Counted from the stretch's first letter, positions 26,942 to 37,572 are shown. The stretch is DNA of 64,000 nt from Chlamydiota bacterium (GCA_038534095.1 JBCAXK010000004.1:1300-65299), one strand, 5' to 3'. The notes: generated from the sequence alone by a model not told the origin. Made by a program: numbers and translations.

Positions 26942-27379
26942 ATGACCAAACAGTTCCCTCTTTTCTTTGAAATAGAAGCTTCCTCTGAAAGCGGTATCGA
27001 TAAAAATTGGGTTGCAAAAAATACTGATTCAGATCCGGTGCCTATCGCCATTCCCCCAGAATTTTCGGGGCCTGGAAAAGGGTATTCTCCCGAAGACCTT
27101 TTCGCTATGGCATGCGTGAACTGTATGATTGCTACCTTCAAAGTCTACGCGCAGCATGCTAATATACAGTTTCAAAACATCACAGCTAGAGCGACTGTGA
27201 CGGTGGACAAAGATCTTTCTGCTCACTGTTTGTGTATGAGCAATATTGATGTCACCTTCACCCTCAAAGCCCCCTCCCCGGCTGAAAAAGCGAAATTGAC
27301 ACTTGAAAAAGCAATTAAAGATTGCGCCGTTTGTAATTCCATCAAATCGGTCAAAAGCTACCACATTAATATCGAATAA
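26942..27379 (+). CDS. OsmC/Ohr-family peroxiredoxin-like protein
   Basis: 145 aa. The two Cys regions (MACVNCMIATF and IKDCAVCNSI) are spaced as in OsmC-like proteins. Confidence 0.6.
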   Translation: MTKQFPLFFEIEASSESGIDKNWVAKNTDSDPVPIAIPPEFSGPGKGYSPEDLFAMACVNCMIATFKVYAQHANIQFQNITARATVTVDKDLSAHCLCMSNIDVTFTLKAPSPAEKAKLTLEKAIKDCAVCNSIKSVKSYHINIE

Positions 27380-27439
27380 AAAGAAAAATCGTGATAAAAT
27401 TTTAGAGTTCGCCTTTTTTTATCCACGTCTGAGGCGCCT

Positions 27440-28243
27440 TTGAAAAATTTAATTGTTGTATGGGCCATCTTCATGTCTACGTTGTCTCTTCATTCTGCTA
27501 ATCTGGCTACTTCTAAACAGCCCAATAGTTTCCTTGTCGAAGATCCGCTTGTCATTATTTTATTGGGGCCTCCAGGATCTGGGAAGGGAACGCACGCCGG
27601 CCCGTTAAGTGCCCATTTTTCTTTACCTCACATCTCTACAGGAGATCTGTTCCGTTTTCATATGAACGAAAATACAGATCTTGGGAAAAAAGTGCGCGCG
27701 TACATCAATCGAGGAGCTCTCGTCCCTGATGAGCTCGTTTTAGGAATGTTATTTGAAAGGCTGCAGCAAGAAGATTGTAACAACGGATACATTCTCGATG
27801 GGTTCCCAAGGTCGATTGCCCAAGCAAAAATTTTAGAACAAAATATTCAAGAGCAAGCGTTATTTGTTGCCATTCATCTTGATGTGTCCGATGAAATCAT
27901 CATAGAAAGGATTTTAGGAAGGCTTCTTTGTCAAGATTGTCAGCGCTCTTTTCATCGGGTCTTTTGCCCCCCCACCAAAGAAGGTATCTGTGATTCCTGT
28001 GGAGGAACGTTAGCGCAAAGAAGTGATGATAATCGGGAAACAATTGCCAAACGGCTATCTGCCTATCATCAGGAAATTGCTCCGATTTTATCTTTCTACC
28101 GCGCAAAAGGGCTTCTTAGAAGAATCTCCGCAGCCTCTAGGAAACAAGAGATTTTTGCGACAACGCTCACAACCATTGAACGATTTGTTGCGAGTAAAAA
28201 ACAGGTCAAGGAAGAAGCGGTAAAAAAGCGCGTAAGAGCTTAA
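27440..28243 (+). CDS. adk: Adenylate kinase with four-Cys zinc LID and an N-terminal signal-peptide-like extension
   Basis: P-loop GPPGSGKGT, GFPRS, LID CQDC...CDSC. A TTG start at 27440 lies 5 nt after GAGG. The roughly 38-aa leader MKNLIVVWAIFMSTLSLHSA precedes the core. Confidence 0.9.
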   Translation: MKNLIVVWAIFMSTLSLHSANLATSKQPNSFLVEDPLVIILLGPPGSGKGTHAGPLSAHFSLPHISTGDLFRFHMNENTDLGKKVRAYINRGALVPDELVLGMLFERLQQEDCNNGYILDGFPRSIAQAKILEQNIQEQALFVAIHLDVSDEIIIERILGRLLCQDCQRSFHRVFCPPTKEGICDSCGGTLAQRSDDNRETIAKRLSAYHQEIAPILSFYRAKGLLRRISAASRKQEIFATTLTTIERFVASKKQVKEEAVKKRVRA

Positions 28244-28249
28244 AGGTTC

Positions 28250-29209
28250 TCAGCGCTCTTCTAAAATGAACAGATCAGAGACTACCGGAAGGTGATCTGA
28301 TGGGAACACCCCATCAAAGCAATCGCTAAGCACTCCATGAGTCATAACAGAAATTTTCTTGCTCACAAAAATATAGTCGGGTTTGACGCCAGGTTGCCCC
28401 GCTTCTTTAAAACCAGACCAAGTTCCAGTAGGTCCATGGTGGGGGAAATAGGCCTTGTTTTTTGCGTCGGTTAAACTCGGCTCTTGCCCTTGCTTTTTGG
28501 TAAGAAGTTTGTAAGTTTCTTCTTCTCCCATTTCTGGAAAGAGATTGAAATCCCCTGTGACGATAAACGACCTATCGCCCGCAATTTCTCCAATCTTTGT
28601 ACGTAAAAGACGGGCGCTTTCATTGCGCGCTTTTTTGCTGTGGTAGTCAAAATGCGTGTTGAATACGAAAAATTGTTTGCCCGTTTTTTTATCCTCTAAT
28701 TCGACCCAAGTCACTCCCCGAGGAAATTTGGCATTCCACGAAATACTAGGGACAGAAGGGGTCGATGAAAGGAAAAAGTGTCCTGTAGCTTTTTTGGCAA
28801 AACGGTTTTTTTTGAATAAAATCCCATCGATGGGACCCTTTTGCTCCCCATCTTCCCAGCCAACCCCGTAGCAATCATAATCGGGTAAAAGAGCCAAAAG
28901 ATCGTCCAATTGCTGTTTAAAAGGCTCTTGCAAACCAATGACGTCCGCTTTATGAAAACGGATCATACTCGCAATCTGTTCTTTACGCTTTTCCCAGCTG
29001 CATGGACAAAAATCAGAGTTGAGCTCATTTTGCCATAAAATATTGAAGGACATCGCTCTAAATACCTCTTTTTCATCCAGAAGGGATAAAATTTTTACTT
29101 TATCCTCTAGCGAGGTCGCCTCATGATACATAGCGGGCTTTTCTTGTACCTGTTGATCTACTCCTATAGGGGAGCAAGAGGACAAAAATAAGGGTGATTT
29201 GTATTTCAT
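28250..29209 (-). CDS. Endonuclease/exonuclease/phosphatase (EEP) family lipoprotein
   Basis: Lipobox LFLSSC. EEP motifs present: GLQE, GDFN and SDHLPV. Confidence 0.75.
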   Translation of the reverse strand: MKYKSPLFLSSCSPIGVDQQVQEKPAMYHEATSLEDKVKILSLLDEKEVFRAMSFNILWQNELNSDFCPCSWEKRKEQIASMIRFHKADVIGLQEPFKQQLDDLLALLPDYDCYGVGWEDGEQKGPIDGILFKKNRFAKKATGHFFLSSTPSVPSISWNAKFPRGVTWVELEDKKTGKQFFVFNTHFDYHSKKARNESARLLRTKIGEIAGDRSFIVTGDFNLFPEMGEEETYKLLTKKQGQEPSLTDAKNKAYFPHHGPTGTWSGFKEAGQPGVKPDYIFVSKKISVMTHGVLSDCFDGVFPSDHLPVVSDLFILEER

Positions 29210-29271
29210 AGGGCTGATTATATTATAATTTCATATATTATTCAAAATAATAATAATTAATTTATTATTAT

Positions 29272-30048
29272 TTATGTTCTTTTAAAAGAAGCTTTGCTGA
29301 TGCATATATAAGAACAAACATAAAACAAACCAAAAAATATTGTTACGAAAGCCACTGAAAAGCTTGGTTGTATCTCAGAAACAGAAAAAAATGCGTAGCG
29401 AAAGCTATCGATGTAATAAAACATCGGATTGCAGTAGGCAATTTTTTGCCAAAAACTGGGCAAATAATTGGTAGGATAAAAAATCCCACCTAAGTAAATG
29501 AGAGGAAGAAGAATAAACTGGCTGATCGAATTCAACGTTTCAAATGTTTTAGCGGTCGCACCTACCGCTGTGCTCAAGAGACCAAAACTGTATCCTGCAA
29601 CCCATACGATATAGAGAGCCAGCAAGGGATGATTTGGCACAAGCCATGTATCTAGTTGCGCTTTGCAAAAGATATTGCCCACAAGAAAAATAGAGAGCGC
29701 TACTAAAAACGCGCGCACGCTGGAGGCAAGAGCCATCCCCTGTAAAATCACAAAAGTGCTCAAAGGCGCTATTTTCAAATCTTCGATATCTCCATAGTAC
29801 TTTGAAATAATCAGGGAGGAACAGCTATTTAAATACGCATTGTTGATAGTCCCCATCATGATGAGCCCTGGAAGAAGAAATTCCAAATAATTGAGCGAAA
29901 AAAACTGCAACGACTTGGCAAGGCTCACGCCAAAAATCAAGAGGTATAAAGAAGAGGTGACAATGGGAGTTAAAATCGATTGCCCAGGCACGCGTAAAAA
30001 TCTTTTGCATTCTCTTCGAAATAGGGCGTAAAGCGGCAAAAAGACCAT
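29272..30048 (-). CDS. ABC-2 type transporter permease
   Basis: 258 aa, six hydrophobic segments. The start overlaps the stop of the ATPase gene by 1 nt. Confidence 0.7.
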   Translation of the reverse strand: MVFLPLYALFRRECKRFLRVPGQSILTPIVTSSLYLLIFGVSLAKSLQFFSLNYLEFLLPGLIMMGTINNAYLNSCSSLIISKYYGDIEDLKIAPLSTFVILQGMALASSVRAFLVALSIFLVGNIFCKAQLDTWLVPNHPLLALYIVWVAGYSFGLLSTAVGATAKTFETLNSISQFILLPLIYLGGIFYPTNYLPSFWQKIAYCNPMFYYIDSFRYAFFSVSEIQPSFSVAFVTIFFGLFYVCSYICISKASFKRT

Positions 30049-30977
30049 TAAAAGCCTCCTAAAATATTACAAAAGGCCTCCTCTAACGTACCTTCAGTAA
30101 TCGAGAGATCCTGCACATTGGCTAGATCGATCCCAGCTGTGAGAAAAAGGGTAGAAAAGTCGATGTTTCGAGGTATTTGCAAGGTGACTGTGCGATCATT
30201 TTGCTGAGTCAGGTAGGGGGACTTCAGCGAAGGAAGAGATTTTTTTAGTGTGATCACCACATTCCTTTTTGTTAACTGATCAATGAAGGTAGCTGTCGTG
30301 TCTACCCGAATGAGCTTTCCTGCTCCAAGAATCCCAATGCGATCACAAAGCTTTTCGGCTTCTTGTAAATAATGTGTGGTTAATAAAATGGTCATTCCTT
30401 CTTTGCTGAGCTCTAGAATAAAGTCCCATAGAGCTTGCCGGATCTCGATATCAACACCTGCAGTAGGTTCATCTAGGAAAAGGAGCTTGGGCTTATGCAG
30501 TAGCGCTTTTGCGATCATCAAACGGCGCTTCATGCCTCCACTTAGTTGGGAGCAGGTTTTTTCTTTGTGCTGAAAAAGGTCCAATTTTTTGAGCAACACC
30601 TCGATCCAGTTATCATTATTCTGAATGGAAAAAAATCCTGATAAATAGCGCAACACTTCAATCACGGTAAAAAAACCGTTCGACGTGATTTCTTGAGGCA
30701 CAATCCCCATCAGGTGTTTTGCGTGAATAGGGTTTTCCAAAATATCGTGACCAAAGACCGAAATGCTCCCTTGCGTGAGCTTTTCTAACCCTGCAATCAT
30801 CGATAACGTGGTGGTTTTCCCTGCGCCATTAGGCCCTAAAAGACCAAAGATCTCCCCAGGACGGAGAGTAAGATCGATTCCATCGACAGCGCGAAACGTG
30901 TCATAATCTTTTGTCACTCCATTGAGCACTAAGGGAGCAGGCTCCTTCGCAGAGGACGTTTGATAGGAGGGCTTCAT
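30048..30977 (-). CDS. ABC transporter ATP-binding protein (ABC-2/DrrA-like)
   Basis: Walker A GPNGAGKTT, signature LSGGMKRR, Walker B LLFLDEP. Confidence 0.9.
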   Translation of the reverse strand: MKPSYQTSSAKEPAPLVLNGVTKDYDTFRAVDGIDLTLRPGEIFGLLGPNGAGKTTTLSMIAGLEKLTQGSISVFGHDILENPIHAKHLMGIVPQEITSNGFFTVIEVLRYLSGFFSIQNNDNWIEVLLKKLDLFQHKEKTCSQLSGGMKRRLMIAKALLHKPKLLFLDEPTAGVDIEIRQALWDFILELSKEGMTILLTTHYLQEAEKLCDRIGILGAGKLIRVDTTATFIDQLTKRNVVITLKKSLPSLKSPYLTQQNDRTVTLQIPRNIDFSTLFLTAGIDLANVQDLSITEGTLEEAFCNILGGF

Positions 30978-32077
30978 AAGCCTAAAACCTCTGTTGTCTT
31001 TTCAAGATGCTCCAAAGACCAGTTAGGTCTTTGTAAGACTTTGATGTTTTCATGCACATGGGTTTCTGCTTTCATTCCAACAACGACAGAAGAGACCCAA
31101 GGATACGAGACGGTAAATTGCAGAGCTTGCATCGATGGGGAGAGTTCCTTAGGCATTTGATCGAAAATACGTTTTGGCAAAGAAAGTACGCGAGATTCCA
31201 TCAAAGGAGAACAGATCATAACATGAATCCCTTTTTCTTGGGCCACCTCAGCAATGGTTTTGTCTTCGGTTTGATTCTTTGTTTTGACCACCTCAAGCAT
31301 CACCATATTGAACGGAAGCTGAATAGCGCTAAAGTGGTGATTGCTCCCTGCAACCATTTCAGCGCAGCGGCAAAGACCTTCGAGATCGAGAAGCCCTTTT
31401 GTGCCCGCTTTTTGCCGAAAACCATTCCAAGTCGCCACTCCATAACTCCGAATTTTCTCCTCAGCCACTTTTTCCTCAAGAACTTCAAAAGCGGCGTAAA
31501 TTCTTTTATCAAACTCCTCTTTACCAAGATGCAAGTTAATGAGTTCTGGAAGGTTGATGTAGTAGATATCGATGCAGCTGAGCCCCATATTTTCCAAGCT
31601 GTGGTGAATCTCTTCTGCAATGAACTTAGGAGCCATCGAATAAAAGCCATGAAGAATATCATTTTGGCGTAAGATGCCCCTTTCTACGTAGTGAGAACGT
31701 ATGTAGCCTTCATGGCTTTCAGAAGCAGCGTGATCGGGGATCAGTCCTGCTTTTGAAGAAATGATCAGCTGCTCCCTTGTAATGCCAAGGCTCCTTAACT
31801 CCGGAAGAGCTCTTTTCAGCAGTTTTTCGCTCCGCTGCTGCCGGTAACTGGAGGCTGTATCAATGGCATTGATCCCATGAGTGACTCCCAAAACAATCGC
31901 ATTGATGTAGGCTTGATCTGTGATCTCGTCAGGAGCACCTGAGCAGGTACCCATCGATATACCAGATAGCCGTAGATGATTGATGGTGCGTAATTTTTCG
32001 GGATGAATATTGTGCTGTTCGAAAAAACGTTTTGTCCCTTGTGGTGTCGCAAAAAAAGCGCTTGTATCAAGAGCCAT
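30974..32077 (-). CDS. Aldo/keto reductase family oxidoreductase
   Basis: GINAIDTASSYRQQRSEKLL plus a TIM-barrel AKR-like pattern. The stop overlaps the ABC ATPase start (ATGA). Confidence 0.65.
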   Translation of the reverse strand: MALDTSAFFATPQGTKRFFEQHNIHPEKLRTINHLRLSGISMGTCSGAPDEITDQAYINAIVLGVTHGINAIDTASSYRQQRSEKLLKRALPELRSLGITREQLIISSKAGLIPDHAASESHEGYIRSHYVERGILRQNDILHGFYSMAPKFIAEEIHHSLENMGLSCIDIYYINLPELINLHLGKEEFDKRIYAAFEVLEEKVAEEKIRSYGVATWNGFRQKAGTKGLLDLEGLCRCAEMVAGSNHHFSAIQLPFNMVMLEVVKTKNQTEDKTIAEVAQEKGIHVMICSPLMESRVLSLPKRIFDQMPKELSPSMQALQFTVSYPWVSSVVVGMKAETHVHENIKVLQRPNWSLEHLEKTTEVLGL

Positions 32078-32699
32078 AAATAACGCCCCTCATGATGACC
32101 CAATTTTTTTCACTAAAAATGGCCTGGTCAGTCCTTCCCAAAGAGCGAGCGTTTAAACGGCTATAAAAAAATACGCTGTTGTTTTTTGGCATCTGTAAAG
32201 GACTTTTTGCTCTTCGCACAAACATGTAGACCCTTTCGACCTCTGCGCTTGGGCCCTATTTCTTGTAAAAGGGAACTCTTTTGCTCCTTGAAATAGGTAC
32301 CTGGCAGGGCTTTAAGGGGAAGACCTTGTTTCAACTCTATGCAATCACAAACACATACACAAGTTTGGATTGAAAAGGATCTTCCTTAGTATTTATTTTG
32401 TGTAAAAAACGGGTTTATAGCAAGAGAAAACAAGATGCATTTAAAAGCGTCTAGTGAACATCGCCGCTCCAGATCGAACGCTCCTGTAGTGTTTTTTTGT
32501 ATGGCCTAGGTCTTAATCTGAGCCTTATCTCCGCTTTATCTCTGAGTTTTCGGGAAGAAAAAGGCCGATAGAAAGAGCGCTTAAAGACCTCTTCGAGCGA
32601 AGGCAACAGTTTGAGCCTAGGCTTTTAGGAAAAAATCTACCCAGAAAAAAGAGATAAAAGGATTGCCAGAAGAGCGAGTTTTCAGTAAATGATAAAGGT

Positions 32700-33680
32700 A
32701 TGAACTCCCTCGAAGAATATGCTTTCTCGCATTGGATGTTACTCGTTTTCGCCTCACTGTTCTTAGGGGGATGGATCCATAGCTTTAAATGCGCAAGAGG
32801 GTCCCGTTTTGAAATGTACTACCTCGATTTTATGATCGGGATGGTTTGCTCGGCGGCCCTTTTTCTCCTACTACAAAGTGTTTTTTCTAGAGACGTGTTT
32901 TTGATGATGAAAACTGTCTGGCATGAGAAGCGCTTTCTTGCAACCCGCGCTTTTTTTGCAGGAGTTCTTATCAACCTAGTTAACGCCTTTCTTCTCGCTT
33001 CCACCTCTTTTAGTGGAATGAGCATGACCTTTCTGACCGTTTTTGGCTTGGGTTTGATGGTGGATCAAGGCATTTATCTTTATCTCTACGAAGCTTCTAA
33101 AGAGTGGTGCTATTTCCTAAGCAGCTTCTTTCTGCTTTTGGCGATTTCTCGGATCTGCTTGATACAAAGGACCATTCGTCTTGGAGCTGCAAAAAAAACG
33201 ATTTTTTTATCGTGCATGGGAGGGATTTGTCTCGGTTTATTCTATACCTTATTTGACCGGTCTTTAGATACGCCAACTACAGGCGGATTGACTCCTGGGA
33301 TCGCAAGCCTTTTTCTTTCGTTAGGGATGATTTTTTGTTACCTATTTCTAGGCCCAGTTCTGTGGAAAAATCCTATTTTTGGACATCCTCTCGATCGTTA
33401 TATGTACTACAAAACGCCAGTTCGCGCCCACTTTTTGGGGATACTTGGTGGCGTGATTTGGTTTACAGCCATATGCTTAAAACTTTACGGACAAAACCTG
33501 CCTCATGAAAAAGACGTATTTTTCGCTGTGCAGTTCGCTCCCCTTCTTGCTTATATAGGGGGCATTATCTTTTGGAAAGAGATCCCGAAAAAACTGGGGT
33601 ATCAAGCGTCTTTATATGCCATTTTTTCTCTCTATTTTTTAGGCGTAATCCTTATGGCCTATTTTCGGTACGGATTGTAA
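32700..33680 (+). CDS. Multi-pass integral membrane protein, function unknown
   Basis: 326 aa with about 10 hydrophobic helices. No diagnostic motif was recognised. Confidence 0.5.
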   Translation: MNSLEEYAFSHWMLLVFASLFLGGWIHSFKCARGSRFEMYYLDFMIGMVCSAALFLLLQSVFSRDVFLMMKTVWHEKRFLATRAFFAGVLINLVNAFLLASTSFSGMSMTFLTVFGLGLMVDQGIYLYLYEASKEWCYFLSSFFLLLAISRICLIQRTIRLGAAKKTIFLSCMGGICLGLFYTLFDRSLDTPTTGGLTPGIASLFLSLGMIFCYLFLGPVLWKNPIFGHPLDRYMYYKTPVRAHFLGILGGVIWFTAICLKLYGQNLPHEKDVFFAVQFAPLLAYIGGIIFWKEIPKKLGYQASLYAIFSLYFLGVILMAYFRYGL

Positions 33681-33747
33681 ACAGGAAAAATAGGGACAAC
33701 CGTTGCCTCTTTTCATTCTGAAACAACGGCCCTAAACCTGCAAACAA

Positions 33748-36456
33748 TCAAGGGACCGATTTCGTGCAGAGATAAAAACGCTCTTTTTCTTCCATTTTGA
33801 AGCCAAATTTCTTCATTAAGGCGCGCATTTGTAAATTTTCTTCAATGAGCTCCGCAAAAACGAGAGAGATCTCTTCATCCGCTGCGATGCTCAGTATTTT
33901 TTCCATAAGCAAAGATCCAATGCCCCGATTTTGCCAGTCATCGCGCACAACCATCGTTAAAACAGCCCGTTTTGAGCCTGGAATTTTACTCAATCTGGTG
34001 ATTCCCACCACCTCTTTTGAAGAGCAGGCTAAAAGGGTGATATCCCTTTCATAATCGCTAAAGCAGATCTGATGGATACGGGTTTTTTTTGTCGCCTCAT
34101 CGTAGTGCAAGGATTTTACGTAGCGAAGCTTGATACTTTTTTCTGAGAGTTTCTTATGAAAATCGATGATTTCTTGTGTATCCTCTGGCAAACTGGGCCT
34201 GATGCCGATCTTCGCGCTATCTTGGAGGGTATGAGAAGAGGCCCAGTGGGAGGGGTAAGGTCGGATGGCTAAAGGTTGCGCCGTTTCTTCTTCGTCATAC
34301 AAAACGATGCGCGCATCCAAAGCAATGATATTTTCTTCACCAACTAACAGGGGGTTGATATCACACTCTTTGATCCAGGGCTCCTCAGAGATCACTTTGC
34401 TGAAACGGACAAGAAGCGCTTCTAGTTTTTCTAAGGGAACCGATTTTTTCCCCCGAACCCCTTTAAGGGCCGTATAGATTTTGGTTTGTTCCATCATTCT
34501 TCTGGCTAATGTACTTGTTAGAGGAGGTAACCCTAAGGCCCTATCTTGAAACACTTCGACTAGCTGTCCTCCTAAACCAAACAGAATCGTAGGCCCAAAT
34601 TCAGGATCGACAGAAGATCCTAAAATTAGCTCATAACCCTCTAGGGAAACCATCGGTTGGACACTGACCCCCTCAAAATCACTAGCTGACGCCTTTTCCG
34701 AGACACTTTTTTCAATATCTGCGTACGCATTGACCACTTCACTCTGGTTTTTTAGGTTGAGTTTTACTCCTCCCACATCAGATTTGTGGGTGATTGTTGA
34801 GGAGTGGAGCTTCAGCACAACGGGAAACCCGATCGCTTCTGCATGTTTTTTTGCTTCTTCTTGTGAAGAAGCGACAAGGGTGAGAGCGACATCAATCCCG
34901 TAAAGATGCAAGATTTTTTTGGCTTCGTATTCGGTCAAAATTGTACGCTTTTCTTTCTTTGCTTGTTTGCGCGTTTTTTCAATAAACTCTTTGCGCTCAT
35001 CCACTTTTTTGGAAGAGAGTTCCTCAAACTTTGTCGGTTTTTCATAAATACCTCGAAGATTCTCTGCGTAGCGCCACATATAACCAAAGGCTTTTGCTGC
35101 TTCATCGGGATATTCAAAGGTGGGAATTTTTGCGTTATTGAGCATTTGCGCCCCCTCTGCCACCATTTCTCCCCCCATCCAACTAGCAAATAGCGGCTTT
35201 TCACTCTCAGCTTTTGTAGCAAGGTATTTTGCAGAAGCTGTTGGATCGGTCATATCTTGGGGAGTTAAAATCACAAGGGTTCCATCCGACTCTGGATTAT
35301 CCTGAGCCACCTCGACCACTTTCCCGTAGACTTCAGGGCTTGCGTCCCCCAAAATATCAATAGGGTTGTTTCTACTCCACTGGGGAGGAAGGAGGGCGTC
35401 CAAGGCTCCAAACGTCTTGGAACCAATCGGGGCTAATTTCCCTTGATTTTCGATCAAAGCATCGGTGGCTAAGACTCCAGGGCCTCCTGCATTGGTCACA
35501 ATACTCAAACGGGGGCCTTTAGAAAGGGGTTGTTTGGACAAAATATCTGCCATACTGAATAGATCGGCGATCGTATCCACGCGAAGAACCCCTACCCGAC
35601 TCAGCGCTGCGTTCAATACGCCATCAGAGCCAGCAAGAGCTCCTGTGTGGGAAGCGGCTGCTTTTGCCGATTCTTCACTTTTCCCCGCTTTGATCAAGAT
35701 CACTGGCTTGGTCATAGCTACCTCTCTTGCTGCAGACAAAAACGATCGGGGGTTGCCAATGCTTTCCATATAGATCAAAATGCTTTTTGTGTTTGGATCT
35801 GATCCAAAATAATCGATCAAATCTCCCCAGCTAATATCAATCATCGATCCAATGGATACGATCGAACTGAAACCCACCTTTTGCTCCAAACTCCAATCGA
35901 GAACGGCTGTCAAAAGAGCTCCAGACTGACTGATGAAAGCTAGGTTCCCAGGAAGGGCCATGCCCGCTGCAAACGTCGCATTGAGCCCCAAAGTAGGATT
36001 CATGACTCCTAAACAATTCGGGCCAATAATTCGTATATTAGAAGATCGGGCGATAGCAATGATTTCTTCCTCGAGCTTTTGTCCAGGGGGTCCCATTTCC
36101 TTAAACCCAGCTGAAATAATGACAAGGGAACGCACCTTAGCAGCAGCGCACTCTTGCACAAGAGAAGGAACCGTTTTTGCTGGAGTCACAATAATCGCTA
36201 AGTCGACTCTTTCAGGAATCGATCCGATATTTGGGTAGGCTTTAAGCCCCATCACAGAAGAGCGTTTTGGATTGACCGGAAAAATCACCCCACCAAAAGG
36301 AGTTTTCAGAAGGTTGGTTACAACTGTTCTGCCCACGCTATGCATTTTTTCACTAGCCCCAATCACAGCGACTACCTTTGGAGCAAATATCGCATCCAGC
36401 TCCTTATAGGGGCGGTGCAAAATGTTCATGGAAGGATCAAATCGAGAATCTGTCAT
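33748..36456 (-). CDS. Pat/YfiQ-type protein: ADP-forming acyl-CoA synthetase-like domains (CoA-binding, ATP-grasp) fused to a C-terminal GNAT acetyltransferase
   Basis: 902 aa. N-terminal [10 protein letters not shown]...VNPK (CoA-binding), a central ATP-grasp region, and C-terminal GNAT motif [11 protein letters not shown]. Confidence 0.8.
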   Translation of the reverse strand: MTDSRFDPSMNILHRPYKELDAIFAPKVVAVIGASEKMHSVGRTVVTNLLKTPFGGVIFPVNPKRSSVMGLKAYPNIGSIPERVDLAIIVTPAKTVPSLVQECAAAKVRSLVIISAGFKEMGPPGQKLEEEIIAIARSSNIRIIGPNCLGVMNPTLGLNATFAAGMALPGNLAFISQSGALLTAVLDWSLEQKVGFSSIVSIGSMIDISWGDLIDYFGSDPNTKSILIYMESIGNPRSFLSAAREVAMTKPVILIKAGKSEESAKAAASHTGALAGSDGVLNAALSRVGVLRVDTIADLFSMADILSKQPLSKGPRLSIVTNAGGPGVLATDALIENQGKLAPIGSKTFGALDALLPPQWSRNNPIDILGDASPEVYGKVVEVAQDNPESDGTLVILTPQDMTDPTASAKYLATKAESEKPLFASWMGGEMVAEGAQMLNNAKIPTFEYPDEAAKAFGYMWRYAENLRGIYEKPTKFEELSSKKVDERKEFIEKTRKQAKKEKRTILTEYEAKKILHLYGIDVALTLVASSQEEAKKHAEAIGFPVVLKLHSSTITHKSDVGGVKLNLKNQSEVVNAYADIEKSVSEKASASDFEGVSVQPMVSLEGYELILGSSVDPEFGPTILFGLGGQLVEVFQDRALGLPPLTSTLARRMMEQTKIYTALKGVRGKKSVPLEKLEALLVRFSKVISEEPWIKECDINPLLVGEENIIALDARIVLYDEEETAQPLAIRPYPSHWASSHTLQDSAKIGIRPSLPEDTQEIIDFHKKLSEKSIKLRYVKSLHYDEATKKTRIHQICFSDYERDITLLACSSKEVVGITRLSKIPGSKRAVLTMVVRDDWQNRGIGSLLMEKILSIAADEEISLVFAELIEENLQMRALMKKFGFKMEEKERFYLCTKSVP

Positions 36457-36699
36457 AGTAGTACTTTTGGGTAAGTGGGATTTATTTACCTAGAGGCCAT
36501 TTTCGCTCTAATCTATCAATCACAAGATAACAGATTGAAAAAGTTTTGCAAGCAGGATCAAGACTCCCATCTTAAAGTCTTGCCATCCTACTCTCTATTG
36601 TTAGGAAGGAACAAGCAAACAAAGCAGCCCTATTTTTCTTGATCTCTTACGCAAAAAAACAGTAAAACTTTTGGAAAAATTGATGATTTGGAGAAACAC

Positions 36700-37572
36700 A
36701 TGTCAAGTTCAGTAACAGAGCAATCTTGCCTCAACCCTAGTTTTCATGGAGTCAGGGAGGAAATCAGGCAGCAAAACCAAACCCCTGAAAGTGTTCGAGA
36801 AGCTTTTGAGAACCTCGATCCACGTGGCCGTGACAACCTAGGTATTTGGCAACAGCTTTATGATCTAACGCCATCGATCGATAAAAGCAATCCGCCTCTT
36901 TGGCTTATTTTAAAACAATCCTTAGAACGCTCTCCATACAAGCTTACCGAAAGCAATCACCTGGAATATCAGGCTACTTTCATAGAAGATGATCAAGGCA
37001 CTATAAATGGCATTACTCCTAAACACCTAAAAGTCTCTACTGTGATGTGGGGGAAGGATCCCCGGCGCCGTTTGTTTATCGCTATCCGTGTGGTGAAGTG
37101 GCTGGAGAAGTATGAGAAGCAAGATAAGCCTAGCAACGTAGAAGAAAGGAAAATACAACTACGGTTTGTACTGACAATTTCTCAGAAATATGCAGATGAG
37201 AATTGGTTTGTAGTATCTGGAACAGCGAATACCGTTTTCAATACAACGCTTTTTGGGAATGAAACGCCTTTTGGGACCGCTCGCCCTTCTCAAACTTTGA
37301 CTCACGAGCATATGCCTAGTATCAAACGTTTACTAAACAATCGCATGATTGATCACAATCACCGTTCCTTATGTTTTGCGTTTCAGAAAAATACTCATCC
37401 TCAATTAAGCACTTGGACTTGCAGTCCTGTTTATCTCAAAGGAGACTATTGCACTCAGCTTTTTCATGAAAGAAAGGGCTTCAGTAGGGATGCAAAACAA
37501 AGTACAGGCATAGAAAAAGAGGATAAAAACAGGCTAGAACTAGAACAGGGAGAATCTAAAACTAGCTCTTAA
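36700..37572 (+). CDS. Hypothetical protein (orphan, hydrophilic)
   Basis: ATG at 36700 lies 6 nt after GGAG. 290 aa with no recognised domain. A clear terminator follows. Confidence 0.5.
   Translation: MSSSVTEQSCLNPSFHGVREEIRQQNQTPESVREAFENLDPRGRDNLGIWQQLYDLTPSIDKSNPPLWLILKQSLERSPYKLTESNHLEYQATFIEDDQGTINGITPKHLKVSTVMWGKDPRRRLFIAIRVVKWLEKYEKQDKPSNVEERKIQLRFVLTISQKYADENWFVVSGTANTVFNTTLFGNETPFGTARPSQTLTHEHMPSIKRLLNNRMIDHNHRSLCFAFQKNTHPQLSTWTCSPVYLKGDYCTQLFHERKGFSRDAKQSTGIEKEDKNRLELEQGESKTSS

Noticed and set aside
31052-31672. 206-aa plus-strand ORF
   Set aside because: It is antisense to the aldo/keto reductase gene and is judged a shadow ORF.
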